From: Acidimicrobiales bacterium
Lineage (GTDB): Bacteria > Actinomycetota > Acidimicrobiia > Acidimicrobiales > CAIXPF01
Assembly: GCA_038255145.1 (NCBI GenBank)
Contig: JBBSLP010000001.1
Span: forward strand, 3,682 to 67,681
Length of the DNA: 64,000 nucleotides
Direction of reading: 5' to 3'
The notes under the pieces are model-generated. The model saw only the letters and a program-made list of their open reading frames with translations. It had not been told where the DNA came from and did no database searches. Shown in pieces: positions 55,894 to 64,000 of this stretch (its first letter is position 1; the number at the start of each line of letters is the position of its first letter). Made by a program: the position numbers and the translations under genes.

Positions 55894-57117
55894 ATGACTC
55901 CGTCGGGGAGGACCAGCACGGCGCCGGCCATCGACCTGCTGGCGCCGGCGTCCTTCGCCGCCGGCCAACCGCACGACCAGTACGCCTGGCTGCGGGCCAA
56001 CGACCCCGTGCACCGCCACGGCGAGCCCACCGGCCCCGGCTTCTGGGCGGTGACCCGCTTCGACGACGTCAAGGCCGTGGGGCGGGACGCAACGACCTTC
56101 TCGTCCGAGCCCACCATCATGATCCCCGACGGCACCTCCCTCGAGGTCGGGGACCACAAGATGATGCTGATGATGGACCCGCCCGGGCACACGGCCTACC
56201 GCCGGGCCCTGGTGGCCGACTTCCTGCCCCGGGCGGCACGGGCCATGCGCCCCCGCATCGAGGCCATCGCCGGTGACATCGTGGACCGCGTCGTGGACCG
56301 CGACCACTTCGACCTGGTCGAGGACGTGGCCGGGCTCATGCCGTCGTGGGTCATCGCCGACATGTTGGGCATTGCCCGCGCCGACGGGGTCGACCTCTAC
56401 CGGCTGACCGAGACCGTGCACGCGGCGCCGTCGACCCTGGCACCCGGAGCCGCAGCCCAGGCTGTGCGGGACATGTTCGCCTACGCCTCGGGGGTGTGGC
56501 GGGACAAGGCCGCCCACCCCGGTGACGACCTGGCCACCGTGCTCGTGCAGGCCGAGGTGGACGGCCGCCGCCTCGACGAGATCGACTTCGACCTGTTCTT
56601 CATGCTCCTGGTCGACGCGGGCGGGGACACCACCCGCAACCTGGTGGCCGGGGGCATGGACGCCCTGTTCGAGCACCCCGACCAGCTGGCCCACCTGCAG
56701 GGCGCCGCGGCCGCCGGTGCGACCGACGTCGTGGCCACCGCGGTGGAGGAGCTGCTGCGCTGGGTCAGCCCCGTCGTCTACATGCGCCGCCGGGCCACCC
56801 GGGACACCGAGCTCGCCGGTCGGGCCATCGCCGCGGGCGACAAGGTGGTCATGTACTACGCCTCGGCCAACCGCGACGGGGACCACTTCCCCGACGCCGA
56901 CCGACTCGACCTGGCCCGGACGTCCAACGACCACGTGGCCTTCGGCGGTGGCGGCCCCCACTTCTGCCTGGGGGCCCACATCGCCCGCGTCGAGATCGGC
57001 GCCCTGCTGGGCGAGCTGCTGGTGCGGCTACCCGACCTGCGACGGGCCGGGGACACCGAGTGGATGGCGTCGACGTTCATCTCCGGCCCCCAGCACCTGC
57101 CCGTCACCGCCCACTGA
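55894..57117 (+). CDS. Cytochrome P450
   Basis: Haem-binding loop FGGGGPHFCLGAHIAR, EELLR (ExxR), and I-helix-like LVDAGGDTT. Confidence 0.9.
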   Translation: MTPSGRTSTAPAIDLLAPASFAAGQPHDQYAWLRANDPVHRHGEPTGPGFWAVTRFDDVKAVGRDATTFSSEPTIMIPDGTSLEVGDHKMMLMMDPPGHTAYRRALVADFLPRAARAMRPRIEAIAGDIVDRVVDRDHFDLVEDVAGLMPSWVIADMLGIARADGVDLYRLTETVHAAPSTLAPGAAAQAVRDMFAYASGVWRDKAAHPGDDLATVLVQAEVDGRRLDEIDFDLFFMLLVDAGGDTTRNLVAGGMDALFEHPDQLAHLQGAAAAGATDVVATAVEELLRWVSPVVYMRRRATRDTELAGRAIAAGDKVVMYYASANRDGDHFPDADRLDLARTSNDHVAFGGGGPHFCLGAHIARVEIGALLGELLVRLPDLRRAGDTEWMASTFISGPQHLPVTAH

Positions 57118-57159
57118 GCGGGGCGCCCCCCGGGGCCGGGGCCGCAGCGTCAGGCCCGG

Positions 57160-58039
57160 GTATCGGCCGTGGTATCGGCCGCGCTCTCCTCCGTGGTCTC
57201 CTCGGGGCCCTGGCGCAGGTCGACGACGCGGTCGTCGACGGTGATGCGGTCACCGGGACCCCGCGTGGCCGTGCCCAGCAGCAGGAAGCCGTTGACGAAG
57301 GCCAGGGGGGGTGCGCTCGATGGCCCGGTCGATGCGGTAGCCGGTGCGGCTCATCCAGCCCATGAAGGCGTCACCCCGGCGGCGGCCCGCCACCTTGCCC
57401 ACGGCCACCGACAGGCTGCGGGCGGGGATGCTGCGGGTGGCGGCCAGGTCCACGTCGTCGAACACCGTGGTCAGTTCGGCCCGGAACTCACGGGGGGTCT
57501 GGCGCACGTAGTGGTAGTCGCTGCCGTACATGTGCTCCCCGCCCCGGGCACCTTCGTTGCCCTGCAGCTTCCACAGCCGGAACGTCAGGCTGTAGTTGAG
57601 GGTGGACACGACCAGGCGGGCGCCGGGAGCCAGCACCCGGGCGGCTTCACCGAGCATGCGGTGGCGGTCACCGGGGCGCAGGTGCTCGTAGCACTGGGCC
57701 GACGTGGCCCCGGCCATGGCCCCGTCCCGGATGGGCAGGCCCGGCCGTCGGCGTGCACGTCCAGCACGGGCAGTCCCGCACAGCGCTTCACCAGCAGGCG
57801 GAGGGACTCCAGGCTGTAGTCGAGCCCGATGGTGGCTCGGCCCAGGTCCCGGGCCCGGTGCTCGGTGACCCGCCCCGGACCCGAACCGAGGTCGAGGAAC
57901 GAGAGCACGCCGTCGATGACCGGGTAGCGGTGACCGGGTAGCGGTGACCGCAGGTCACGCACACCGCTGCGGTCTGATCGTCTCGGAGGTCACCGTGGTC
58001 GAGCGGGCACCACAGGGCGCTCAAGAGGTCCTCACGCAT
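57160..58039 (-). pseudogene. Class I SAM-dependent methyltransferase with an N-terminal Trm112-like zinc ribbon, broken by at least three frameshifts
   Basis: Segments in three frames: MREDLLSALWCPLDHGDL...CVTCGHRYPV; IDGVLSFLDLGSGPGRVT...VLDVHADGRA; LPIRDGAMAGATSAQCYEHL...RVLAPGARLVVST...AIERTP; then LAFVNGFLLLGTATRGPGDRITVDD...stop at 57160. Breaks are at a 14-bp duplication (57921-57948), near 57735-57745, and at a G7 run (57305-57311). Confidence 0.65.
57921..57948. repeat. Perfect 14-bp tandem duplication (CGGGTAGCGGTGAC x2) inside the methyltransferase pseudogene
   Basis: Removing one copy joins ...CGHRYPV to IDGVLSFLDLGSGPG in a single frame. Confidence 0.9.
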
Positions 58040-58572
58040 CCCCGAACCGAGCCAGAGCTGTCGATGGGATGCGGGATGACCGGCAGTTGCCTGTCAGCGC
58101 ACGGGGGCGGCGGCGAACGATGCGCAGCGGGGACGGGTACCTTCGCCCACCAGTGGGGTGAGGCGCGGGCGACGGCTGTGCCCGCAGCTTCCGCACGTCC
58201 TGACGGAACACGGCTACGCCGCCCCAAGCCTGGTCTGGCTATGCCATCGAGCGGCGCGCCATGACGTGGCGTGAGGGTTGAACGGGCAGGTGGGAGGGGG
58301 TGAGGCCGCCGCTAGCATCACGGCGTCCGCAGGGGGCGACGTGACGATGGCGGTCCGGTCCAACTCCGGGCGCGGCGCGTGGCCCCGCGGATGGCACGGC
58401 GGACGACGGCGACGGGCGAACGGCCCCCACCCCGGGACGAGTGGCTGACCGCTACGCGTGGTTGACCAGCCGCCCTCGGGCGGGACCATCAATCCCTATC
58501 GGCGGCGTCCCATCGGGCCTTCCCTGAGGTTCTACTGAGATCTGCCTGCGAGATGTCGAGGACGGGGTGTCC

Positions 58573-60939
58573 ATGAAGCCTGCTGGTCGGAAGAGGATCG
58601 TCGCCGCCGCGCTGGCCGCGTTGGCGGGCGCCGCCGCGCTGGGCCTGCCCGCGTTGAGCGCCAAGGCCGCAGCCGGTGACCCGTGGTGGGCCGGCGGGGG
58701 TGCCTTCCGCGCCCCAATCACCGTGACCTTCCCGGGCACGTCGGGCCAGGCCGTCCCCGTGGAGACCACGGTGGACTTCAACAGCCTGCTCACCGCGGCC
58801 GGCGGGACGGGCACCGTCGACACCGCCACCGTGCGGGTCGTCGAGGTCAGCGGGAACAACCCCACCGGGCCTTCACTGCCCGTCCAGGTCGACGACGACA
58901 ACGGGACCAAGAAGCTCGTCTTCCTGGCCCCGGCCACCTCGGCTGGCGCCCATCGCTACGACGTGTACTTCGACAAGGCCGGCGCCTCGGTGCCAACCCA
59001 GAGCGCGGCCACCCCCATCACCCTGTCCAGCGCGGACGACGCCGGCCAGGACTCCTACAAGATCGCCACCACGGCCGGCACCTGGTACTTCCAGAAGCAG
59101 GGCGGCGCCTTCTCCAGCTTCGACGACGCCTCGGGCGCCGACTGGATCGGCTACGAGAACAACGCCAGCTCCAACCGCCGCTTCCGGGGCACCCCCAACC
59201 TGAACGACGACTGGTACCACCCCGGTGGCACCCAGGCCACCACCACCCTGCTGAGCTCGGGTCCGGTCAAGGTCGTGATCAAGGCCGATGGTGGTGGCAA
59301 CAGCACCATCCACGAGATCTACCCCGGCTTCGTGCGCTCGACCCTCACCGCGGCCCCCGTCCCCTACTGGTGGCTCTATGAGGGCACCCCGGGTGGTGGC
59401 ATCGTCGGTGGCGAGTCCGTGCTCAAGCCCTCGGGCGGCACCGTGGCCACCTTGCCCCTGTCGGCCAACGTCGAGGGCGACATCTCGTCCCTGGGCGACG
59501 CCGGCGCCGCCGAGTGGATCGCCTTCACCAACGGCACCGGTGCCACTGTCGGACGGTCGATCTTCTTCGCCCACCAGGACGAAGACAACCCGACGGACGG
59601 CTCCCTGGCCGCCGGCGCCGGCGCCGACTCGATGGCCGTGTTCGGCTTCGGCCGCTCCCCGGCGGCGGACTACCCCCAGCTGAGCGGCAACAACACGTTC
59701 ACCATGGGCCTGGTCGACACCAAGGACGGCGGCGTCGTGCGCAACGCGGTCATCGGGGCCACGGCTGCTCCCGCGGTCTTCGTGGGTGCCGCTGAGGCCG
59801 GTACCGCCGGTGGTGGTGGCTCGACGACGACCACCGCTCCTCCCGTGAGCACGGGCACCGGGGCCAAGTACACGGCGGTGACGCCGTCCCGGGTGCTCGA
59901 CACCCGCAGCGGCAACAAGCTCGGGCCGCTGGAGCCGGTGCGGGTCGTCGTGCGGGGTGTGGCCGACGTGCCTGCCTCGGCCACCTCCATCGTGCTCAAC
60001 GCCACCGTCGTCGAGCCCACCCAGCCCACGTTCGTGGCCGTGTACCCGTCCGACATCGGCTTCCCCGGCATCTCCAACCTCAACTCCGAGGTCAACGACA
60101 CGGTGCCCAACCTGGTCACCTCCCCCATCGGCATCGACGGTGGCGTGTTCGTGCTCAACGGTGCCGGCACCGCCCACGTGCTCCTCGACGTGGTCGGCTA
60201 CTACGCCCCCACCGCCGCGGTGCCCACGGGCGGCGGCTTGCACGCCATGAGCCCGGTCCGCTGGGCGGACACCCGGGCCGGCGCCCCCCTGGGCGCAGGT
60301 GAGGCCCGCACGTTCAGCTTCGCCGGCGTGCCCGGCGTCGTGGCCGGCAAGCTGAAGGCGGTGGCCCTCAACGTCACCTCGACGGGCTCGACCACCGGCG
60401 GCTACCTCACCGTCTACCCCGCGGGTGCGGCCCGGCCGTTGGCCTCCAACCTGAACTTCACCGCCCAGCAGACGGTGCCCAACGCCGTGATCACCGGGGT
60501 CGACGGTGCCGGCAACGCCGTCGTCTACAACCCCCAGGGCAGCACCGACGTCATCCTCGACGTGGTCGGCTGGTACGACGACGGCACCGTGGACACGGGC
60601 CTCGGCTACCACGAGGTCGCCCCCACCCGGGTGCTCGACACCCGAAGCGGGGCCCCCATCGGGGAGGGCGCCGAGCGGGTGTGGGCCCGCACGGCTCCCA
60701 TCCCGGCGTCGGCCAAGGCCGTGGCCGTCAACGCCACCGTCACCCAGGCCACCGGCCTCGGCTACTTCAGCGTGTTCCCCGGCGCCCCCCGACCCGGGGT
60801 GTCGACCCAGAACACGTCGCCGGGCCTGACCCGGGCCAACCACGTGCTCACCGCCCTGGGCGGATGGGGCCAGCTCACGGCGTACAACAGCACCGGCACC
60901 GCCCACCTGGTCTACGACGTCTTCGGCTACTTCGACTGA
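58573..60939 (+). CDS. Secreted protein: unknown beta-rich N-terminal region plus three C-terminal copies of the same repeat module as the S53 peptidase
   Basis: Signal peptide MKPAGRKRIVAAALAALAGAAALGLPALSAKA. N-terminal DPWWAGGGAFRAPITVTF... Gly/Thr linker. Then modules starting TPSRVLDTRSG, SPVRWADTRAG and APTRVLDTRSG. The track start is GTG 58567. Confidence 0.8.
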   Translation: MKPAGRKRIVAAALAALAGAAALGLPALSAKAAAGDPWWAGGGAFRAPITVTFPGTSGQAVPVETTVDFNSLLTAAGGTGTVDTATVRVVEVSGNNPTGPSLPVQVDDDNGTKKLVFLAPATSAGAHRYDVYFDKAGASVPTQSAATPITLSSADDAGQDSYKIATTAGTWYFQKQGGAFSSFDDASGADWIGYENNASSNRRFRGTPNLNDDWYHPGGTQATTTLLSSGPVKVVIKADGGGNSTIHEIYPGFVRSTLTAAPVPYWWLYEGTPGGGIVGGESVLKPSGGTVATLPLSANVEGDISSLGDAGAAEWIAFTNGTGATVGRSIFFAHQDEDNPTDGSLAAGAGADSMAVFGFGRSPAADYPQLSGNNTFTMGLVDTKDGGVVRNAVIGATAAPAVFVGAAEAGTAGGGGSTTTTAPPVSTGTGAKYTAVTPSRVLDTRSGNKLGPLEPVRVVVRGVADVPASATSIVLNATVVEPTQPTFVAVYPSDIGFPGISNLNSEVNDTVPNLVTSPIGIDGGVFVLNGAGTAHVLLDVVGYYAPTAAVPTGGGLHAMSPVRWADTRAGAPLGAGEARTFSFAGVPGVVAGKLKAVALNVTSTGSTTGGYLTVYPAGAARPLASNLNFTAQQTVPNAVITGVDGAGNAVVYNPQGSTDVILDVVGWYDDGTVDTGLGYHEVAPTRVLDTRSGAPIGEGAERVWARTAPIPASAKAVAVNATVTQATGLGYFSVFPGAPRPGVSTQNTSPGLTRANHVLTALGGWGQLTAYNSTGTAHLVYDVFGYFD
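59869..60936 (+). repeat. Three tandem protein-level repeat modules (about 59869-60237, 60238-60603, 60604-60936)
   Basis: Modules end LLDVVGYYA, ILDVVGWYD and VYDVFGYFD. Internal [IV]xLN[AV]T and NL[ND] pieces appear in two of the three modules (IVLNAT/ALNVT and ISNLNSE/SNLNFT); the third reads VAVNAT and has no NL[ND] piece. Confidence 0.8.
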
Positions 60940-61078
60940 GAGCCTGTTCGACTGACCGGCTACCTCGACTGACCGGCCACGGTCCACCGAGCGGCCACGT
61001 CGACCGACCCGCAGCCAGATGACCGCACCGCCCGCCGGCCACACCGGCGGGCGGTGTCGCGTCCGCCCGCCAGCAGCG

Positions 61079-61930
61079 TCAGCTGTGCAGCTTGCGCCAC
61101 AGGCGCACGGGCAGGGCAGCCTCGTCCTCGGGGGCCTCTTCCGCCCACACCACCATGGAGTTGAGGTCGGCCAGGCCGAAGGAGGTCACCATGGCCACGT
61201 CGAGGGCGTCGCGACCCCGTCCGATGAGCACCCGCCCGGCCCGGGGCCGGTTGTTGCGGGGGTCGAACGTGAACCACCGCCCCCCCAGGTAGACCTCCAT
61301 CCACGCGCAGAAGTCCATGGGGTCCCCGGGAGGGGGCACGCCGATGTCGGGCAGGTAGCCGAAGGCGTAGCGGGTGGGCACGTTGAGGGCCCGGCAGAAG
61401 GTGATGGCCAGGTGGGCGAAGTCGCGGCACACGCCCCGGCGGGCGTCATAGACGTTGGCCGCCGTGGTGGTGGGACCGCTCGAGCCGTAGCCGAACGTCA
61501 GGTTGTCGTGCACCCAGTCGCACACCGCCTGCACCTGGCCGTAGCCCGGGCTGTAGGAGGAGAACAGGTTCCGGGCCACGGAGCCCATCTCGTCGGACGG
61601 GCAGAACCGACTGGGCAGGGTGAAGGCGAGCACGTCGTCGGGCAGCTCGGACGAGGGCACCACCCCGGCGGTGGGGTCGAACTCGTCGACGTCGGGAGAC
61701 ACCTCGACGAAGGCGTCGAAGCGGATGGTCGACTCCCCCGCCGGCAGCGTCAGCCGTCGGCACAGGTTGCCGTAGACGTCGTGGTACGTGTGCGACGTCG
61801 CCGCCGTCTCGTCGTCCCACTCCGCTTCGGTGACGCGGAAGTCACCGTCTGGCCGCGGCTCGACCTGCATCACCGCGTGCGTTGGGATGGGCACCCACTG
61901 CACGAACTCGCACCCGACGTGAACCCTCAT
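61079..61930 (-). CDS. Transglutaminase-like cysteine protease family protein
   Basis: MRVHVGCEF... N-terminal domain and a core GVCRDFAHL...DFCAWMEVYLGGRWFTFDP. The start is taken at the internal ATG 61930. Confidence 0.8.
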   Translation of the reverse strand: MRVHVGCEFVQWVPIPTHAVMQVEPRPDGDFRVTEAEWDDETAATSHTYHDVYGNLCRRLTLPAGESTIRFDAFVEVSPDVDEFDPTAGVVPSSELPDDVLAFTLPSRFCPSDEMGSVARNLFSSYSPGYGQVQAVCDWVHDNLTFGYGSSGPTTTAANVYDARRGVCRDFAHLAITFCRALNVPTRYAFGYLPDIGVPPPGDPMDFCAWMEVYLGGRWFTFDPRNNRPRAGRVLIGRGRDALDVAMVTSFGLADLNSMVVWAEEAPEDEAALPVRLWRKLHS

Positions 61931-62005
61931 CTGCAAACCCACTCCTGTGTCGCCCCTAACCATCCCCCAGTGGGCGTCTTTCCTCACCCTCGGAGCAGAT
62001 AAACG

Positions 62006-62224
62006 TCAGAGCACGGCGTGTGACCGGAGGCGGGGCGCCGGCCGCGGGGTGTCGACGACCGCGCCGGCCGCGGCCACCCGGCGCCCGGTCCTCGACGTGC
62101 CCTCGTGACCACACCAACAACGCCAGTGCAGGTAGATGGCATCGGGGGCGTTGACCATGCCCACCACGTCGCTGGCGTCCAACAACACGCGCCCGCCGTG
62201 ACCTTCGCAGTGCACGTCGAACAT
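62006..62224 (-). CDS. Small Cys/His-rich hypothetical protein (72 aa)
   Basis: MFDVHCEGHGGRVLLDASDVVGMVNAPDAIYLHWRCWCGHEG... Divergent from the MocR gene. Confidence 0.45.
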   Translation of the reverse strand: MFDVHCEGHGGRVLLDASDVVGMVNAPDAIYLHWRCWCGHEGTSRTGRRVAAAGAVVDTPRPAPRLRSHAVL

Positions 62225-62288
62225 GGTGGCCTCCTCGACACTTCCGGCCGACCAGTCCACTTGTCGGCAACAGCGCCTACCATCTGAC

Positions 62289-62331
62289 GAAGTGGCCCTA
62301 GAGACCAGGGCCACTTCGCAGGAAAGTGGCC
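62289..62331. promoter_or_regulatory. Putative MocR/PdxR-type operator: 11-bp perfect inverted repeat plus a third direct copy
   Basis: GAAGTGGCCCT agagacc AGGGCCACTTC (62289-62317), followed by GAAAGTGGCC (62322-62331). Lies in the divergent intergenic region. Confidence 0.5.
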
Positions 62332-62352
62332 TGTGTCGAAGGGACTCCCCGG

Positions 62353-63822
62353 ATGGACGAGGGCAGGAACGACGTCGTCGAGGCGCTCGGGCTGTGGTCG
62401 AGCGGCACCGGATCCCTGCACGTCAAGTTGGGTGACGCCCTGCGACGGGCCATCGACAGCCGCCAGCTGATCCCGGGCACCCGCCTGCCGTCCGAGCGCG
62501 AGCTGGCCCGGCGCCTGCTCGTCAGCCGCAGCACCGTGGTCGCCGCCTACGACGCCCTACGGGGCCAGGGCGTCCTCGCCAGCCGGCAGGGCAGCGGCAC
62601 CCGGGTGGCGCTGCGGGGCACGGTCAGCCCGGTGCTGCCCGTGGCCGGCTCCCCCCTCAACCCCCTGTACCGCAGCCTGCTGGCCGGGGAGACCGACGAC
62701 ATCATCTCGTTGGCCTGTGCCGTCCAGACGGCCCACCCCGCCCTGGCCGGGGCCATGGCCGCCGTGGCCGCCGAGGCCCCCACCACCCTGTTGCGCTTCA
62801 ACGGCTACCTGCCCCTGGGCCTGCCCGAGCTGCGGGCCGGCCTGGCCGACCTGCACACCGCCGAGGGGCTGCCCACCTCGCCCGACCAGATCATGGTGAC
62901 CACGGGGGCCCAGCAGGCGGTGCAGCTGGCGGCGTCGCTGTACCTGCAGCCCGGGGATCGGGTGGTCGTCGAGTCGCCCACGTTCTCGGGCACCCTCGAC
63001 GCCCTGCGCTCCACGGCCACGGGCTTCATCCCCGCCGGCGTCGACGAGGACGGCGTCGACGTGGACCAGGTGCGCCGGGCCCTGCACGACTCCCGGCCGT
63101 CGCTCGTCTACCTGATCCCCTCGTTCCACAACCCGACGGGGGCATCGCTGGCCCGTCACCGCCGCCAGGCCCTGGCCGAGCTGGCCGAGGCCACCGGGGT
63201 GCCCCTCATCGAGGACAACGCCCTCGAGCACAACCGGCTCGACGTCGAGCCGGGGCTGCCCATCGCCGCCTACGCCTCACCCGGCACCCCCATCATCACC
63301 GTGGGGTCCTTCTCCAAGCTGGTGTGGGGGGGGCTGCGGGTGGGTTGGTTGCGGGGACCCGTCGACGTGGTGGGTCGCCTGGGGGAGCTGAAGGCGTGCC
63401 GGGACCTGGGCACCCCGCTGTTCGACCAGGCCGTGTGCGCCCGCATGCTCCATGACGTGCACGCCCTGCGGGCCGATCGTCGCGCCGAGCTCAAGACGTC
63501 GTTGGCCGTGGTCGGCGACCTGCTGCGTGACCGCCTGCCCGACTGGTCGTGGTCCCCGCCCGCCGGGGGGCCCTCGCTGTGGATCCGCCTGCCCCACGGC
63601 ACGGCGGCGGCCTTCGCCCAGGTCGCCCTGCGCCACGGCGTCGAGGTCATCCCCGGTGGGGCCATGTCCCCCGCCGGCGGCCACCACGACCACCTGCGCC
63701 TGCCCTTCACCGCCCCCCACGACATGCTGCGCGCCGTGGTCGACCGCCTGGCCGACGCCTGGGGGGTCTACTCGGACAGCGCCCTGGGGGCCCCCGCCGC
63801 CCGCCGCTCCGTCGTCGTCTGA
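62353..63822 (+). CDS. MocR-type regulator (GntR wHTH fused to a fold-type I aminotransferase-like domain)
   Basis: LPSERELARRLLVSRSTVVAAYDALRGQGVLASRQGSGTRV is the wHTH. The C-terminal domain has SFSKLVWGGLRVGW (PLP-lysine context). The track start is GTG 62326. Confidence 0.85.
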   Translation: MDEGRNDVVEALGLWSSGTGSLHVKLGDALRRAIDSRQLIPGTRLPSERELARRLLVSRSTVVAAYDALRGQGVLASRQGSGTRVALRGTVSPVLPVAGSPLNPLYRSLLAGETDDIISLACAVQTAHPALAGAMAAVAAEAPTTLLRFNGYLPLGLPELRAGLADLHTAEGLPTSPDQIMVTTGAQQAVQLAASLYLQPGDRVVVESPTFSGTLDALRSTATGFIPAGVDEDGVDVDQVRRALHDSRPSLVYLIPSFHNPTGASLARHRRQALAELAEATGVPLIEDNALEHNRLDVEPGLPIAAYASPGTPIITVGSFSKLVWGGLRVGWLRGPVDVVGRLGELKACRDLGTPLFDQAVCARMLHDVHALRADRRAELKTSLAVVGDLLRDRLPDWSWSPPAGGPSLWIRLPHGTAAAFAQVALRHGVEVIPGGAMSPAGGHHDHLRLPFTAPHDMLRAVVDRLADAWGVYSDSALGAPAARRSVVV

Positions 63823-63830
63823 CTGCCCGC

Positions 63831-63851
63831 TGATTCGCCGTCGATTCGACG
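63831..63851 (-). promoter_or_regulatory. Direct-repeat motif, degenerate copy 3 (CGAATCG-ACGG-CGAATCA on the minus strand)
   Basis: The reverse complement of tgattcgccgtcgattcgacg. Lies 9 nt after the MocR stop codon. Confidence 0.3.
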
Positions 63852-64000
63852 GGTGGAGCCAGCTTCGACGGGGTCGGGTAGGGCCCGGGCGTGGAGCCAC
63901 AGGAACATGGGCACCCGGGTCCATGGCGCCAGGCGGGGGAAGGCGACGCGGGCGCCGGCGAAGGCGCCCCGGTCCCGGAACGGGTGGACCAGGGACAGCA

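Noticed and set aside
12218-58039. Whether the three frameshifted genes (SDR, FhuF-like chimera, methyltransferase) indicate a generally error-prone assembly.
   Set aside because: Not adopted as the main explanation. About 60 other genes, including very long ones, read through cleanly, and one lesion is a 14-bp duplication. Homopolymer-associated shifts (for example the G7 run at 57305) could still be artefacts and need read-level confirmation.
58040-58572. The 530-bp divergent spacer upstream of the secreted repeat protein, considered as a possible c-di-GMP or other riboswitch because a GGEEF gene lies nearby.
   Set aside because: No match to the GEMM or ydaO-type cores as I remember them. 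Only weak, imperfect inverted repeats are present. It is left as an unexplained long spacer.
1-64000. Search for tRNA, rRNA, tmRNA, RNase P RNA or known riboswitch consensus sequences in the larger intergenic gaps (17522-18091, 40881-41319, 53532-54044, 55431-55893, 58040-58572).
   Set aside because: I could not recognise any T-arm or anticodon-arm pattern or any riboswitch core by eye. A covariance-model scan would be needed to exclude them formally.
63840-64000. A possible minus-strand CDS entering from the right edge (…LSLVHPFRDRGAFAGARVAFPRLAPWTRVPMFLWLHARALPD…).
   Set aside because: Only about 50 codons are visible, the frame is uncertain, no family motif is recognisable, and the apparent end would overlap the MocR 3' end.

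Overview
Very GC-rich, GC3-biased chromosomal segment. It looks actinobacterial: a dihaem QcrC with QcrA and QcrB, a CtaF subunit, a DUF222-HNH gene, and a TCGAAC-N4-GTTCGA-type SOS box. I support about 60 protein genes and found no rRNA, tRNA or CRISPR array.

Layout, left to right:
- 1-4.3 kb: truncated sugar-type ABC binding lipoprotein, a lipoprotein, a MarR/MFS pair, small membrane proteins.
- 4.4-12.2 kb: large unknown protein, a tandem-fused CoA-transferase, an amidase plus membrane protein operon, an SDR.
- 12.2-14.6 kb: a decay zone holding a multiply frameshifted SDR, an RHH/PIN toxin-antitoxin pair, and a chimeric FhuF-like/siderophore-binding-protein remnant.
- 14.6-17.5 kb: SRPBCC protein, SCP-x-type thiolase, alpha/beta hydrolase.
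- 18.1-26.8 kb: an eight-gene pyrimidine/hydantoin-type catabolic operon (beta-ureidopropionase, aminotransferase, dihydropyrimidinase, LLM oxidoreductase, NitT/TauT-type ABC transporter). Its first seven genes are joined by six consecutive 4-bp start/stop overlaps.
- 26.9-30.2 kb: S1 protease, PAS hybrid histidine kinase, one unknown protein.
- 30.4-38.2 kb: divergent cytochrome aa3 / bc1 locus (ctaG-like, ctaC, ctaD, ctaF versus ctaE, qcrC, qcrA, qcrB).
- 38.2-40.9 kb: WYL regulator followed by a translationally coupled nucleotidyltransferase, BON protein and metallophosphoesterase.
- 40.9-42.5 kb: an 8-bp microsatellite and an SOS box in front of a DUF222-HNH gene.
- 42.7-50.2 kb: an eight-gene minus-strand operon (AtzH/HpxZ-like protein, GntR, BMP-type ABC transporter, and an active plus a triad-less isochorismatase-like pair).
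- 50.4-60.9 kb: two secreted proteins sharing a roughly 115-129 aa repeat module (one is an S53 sedolisin). They flank a patchy segment with gene remnants, tandem repeats, a GGEEF cyclase, a P450 and a methyltransferase pseudogene broken by a 14-bp tandem duplication.
- 61-64 kb: transglutaminase-like protein, a small Cys/His protein, and a MocR regulator with a PdxR-like operator.

The best candidates for something new are the WYL-NTase-BON-phosphoesterase cluster, the shared secreted repeat module, the active/dead hydrolase pair, the LLM oxidoreductase inside the pyrimidine operon, and a recurring CGAATCG-N4-CGAATCG intergenic motif. All functional calls rest on motif recognition by eye. No database search was run.
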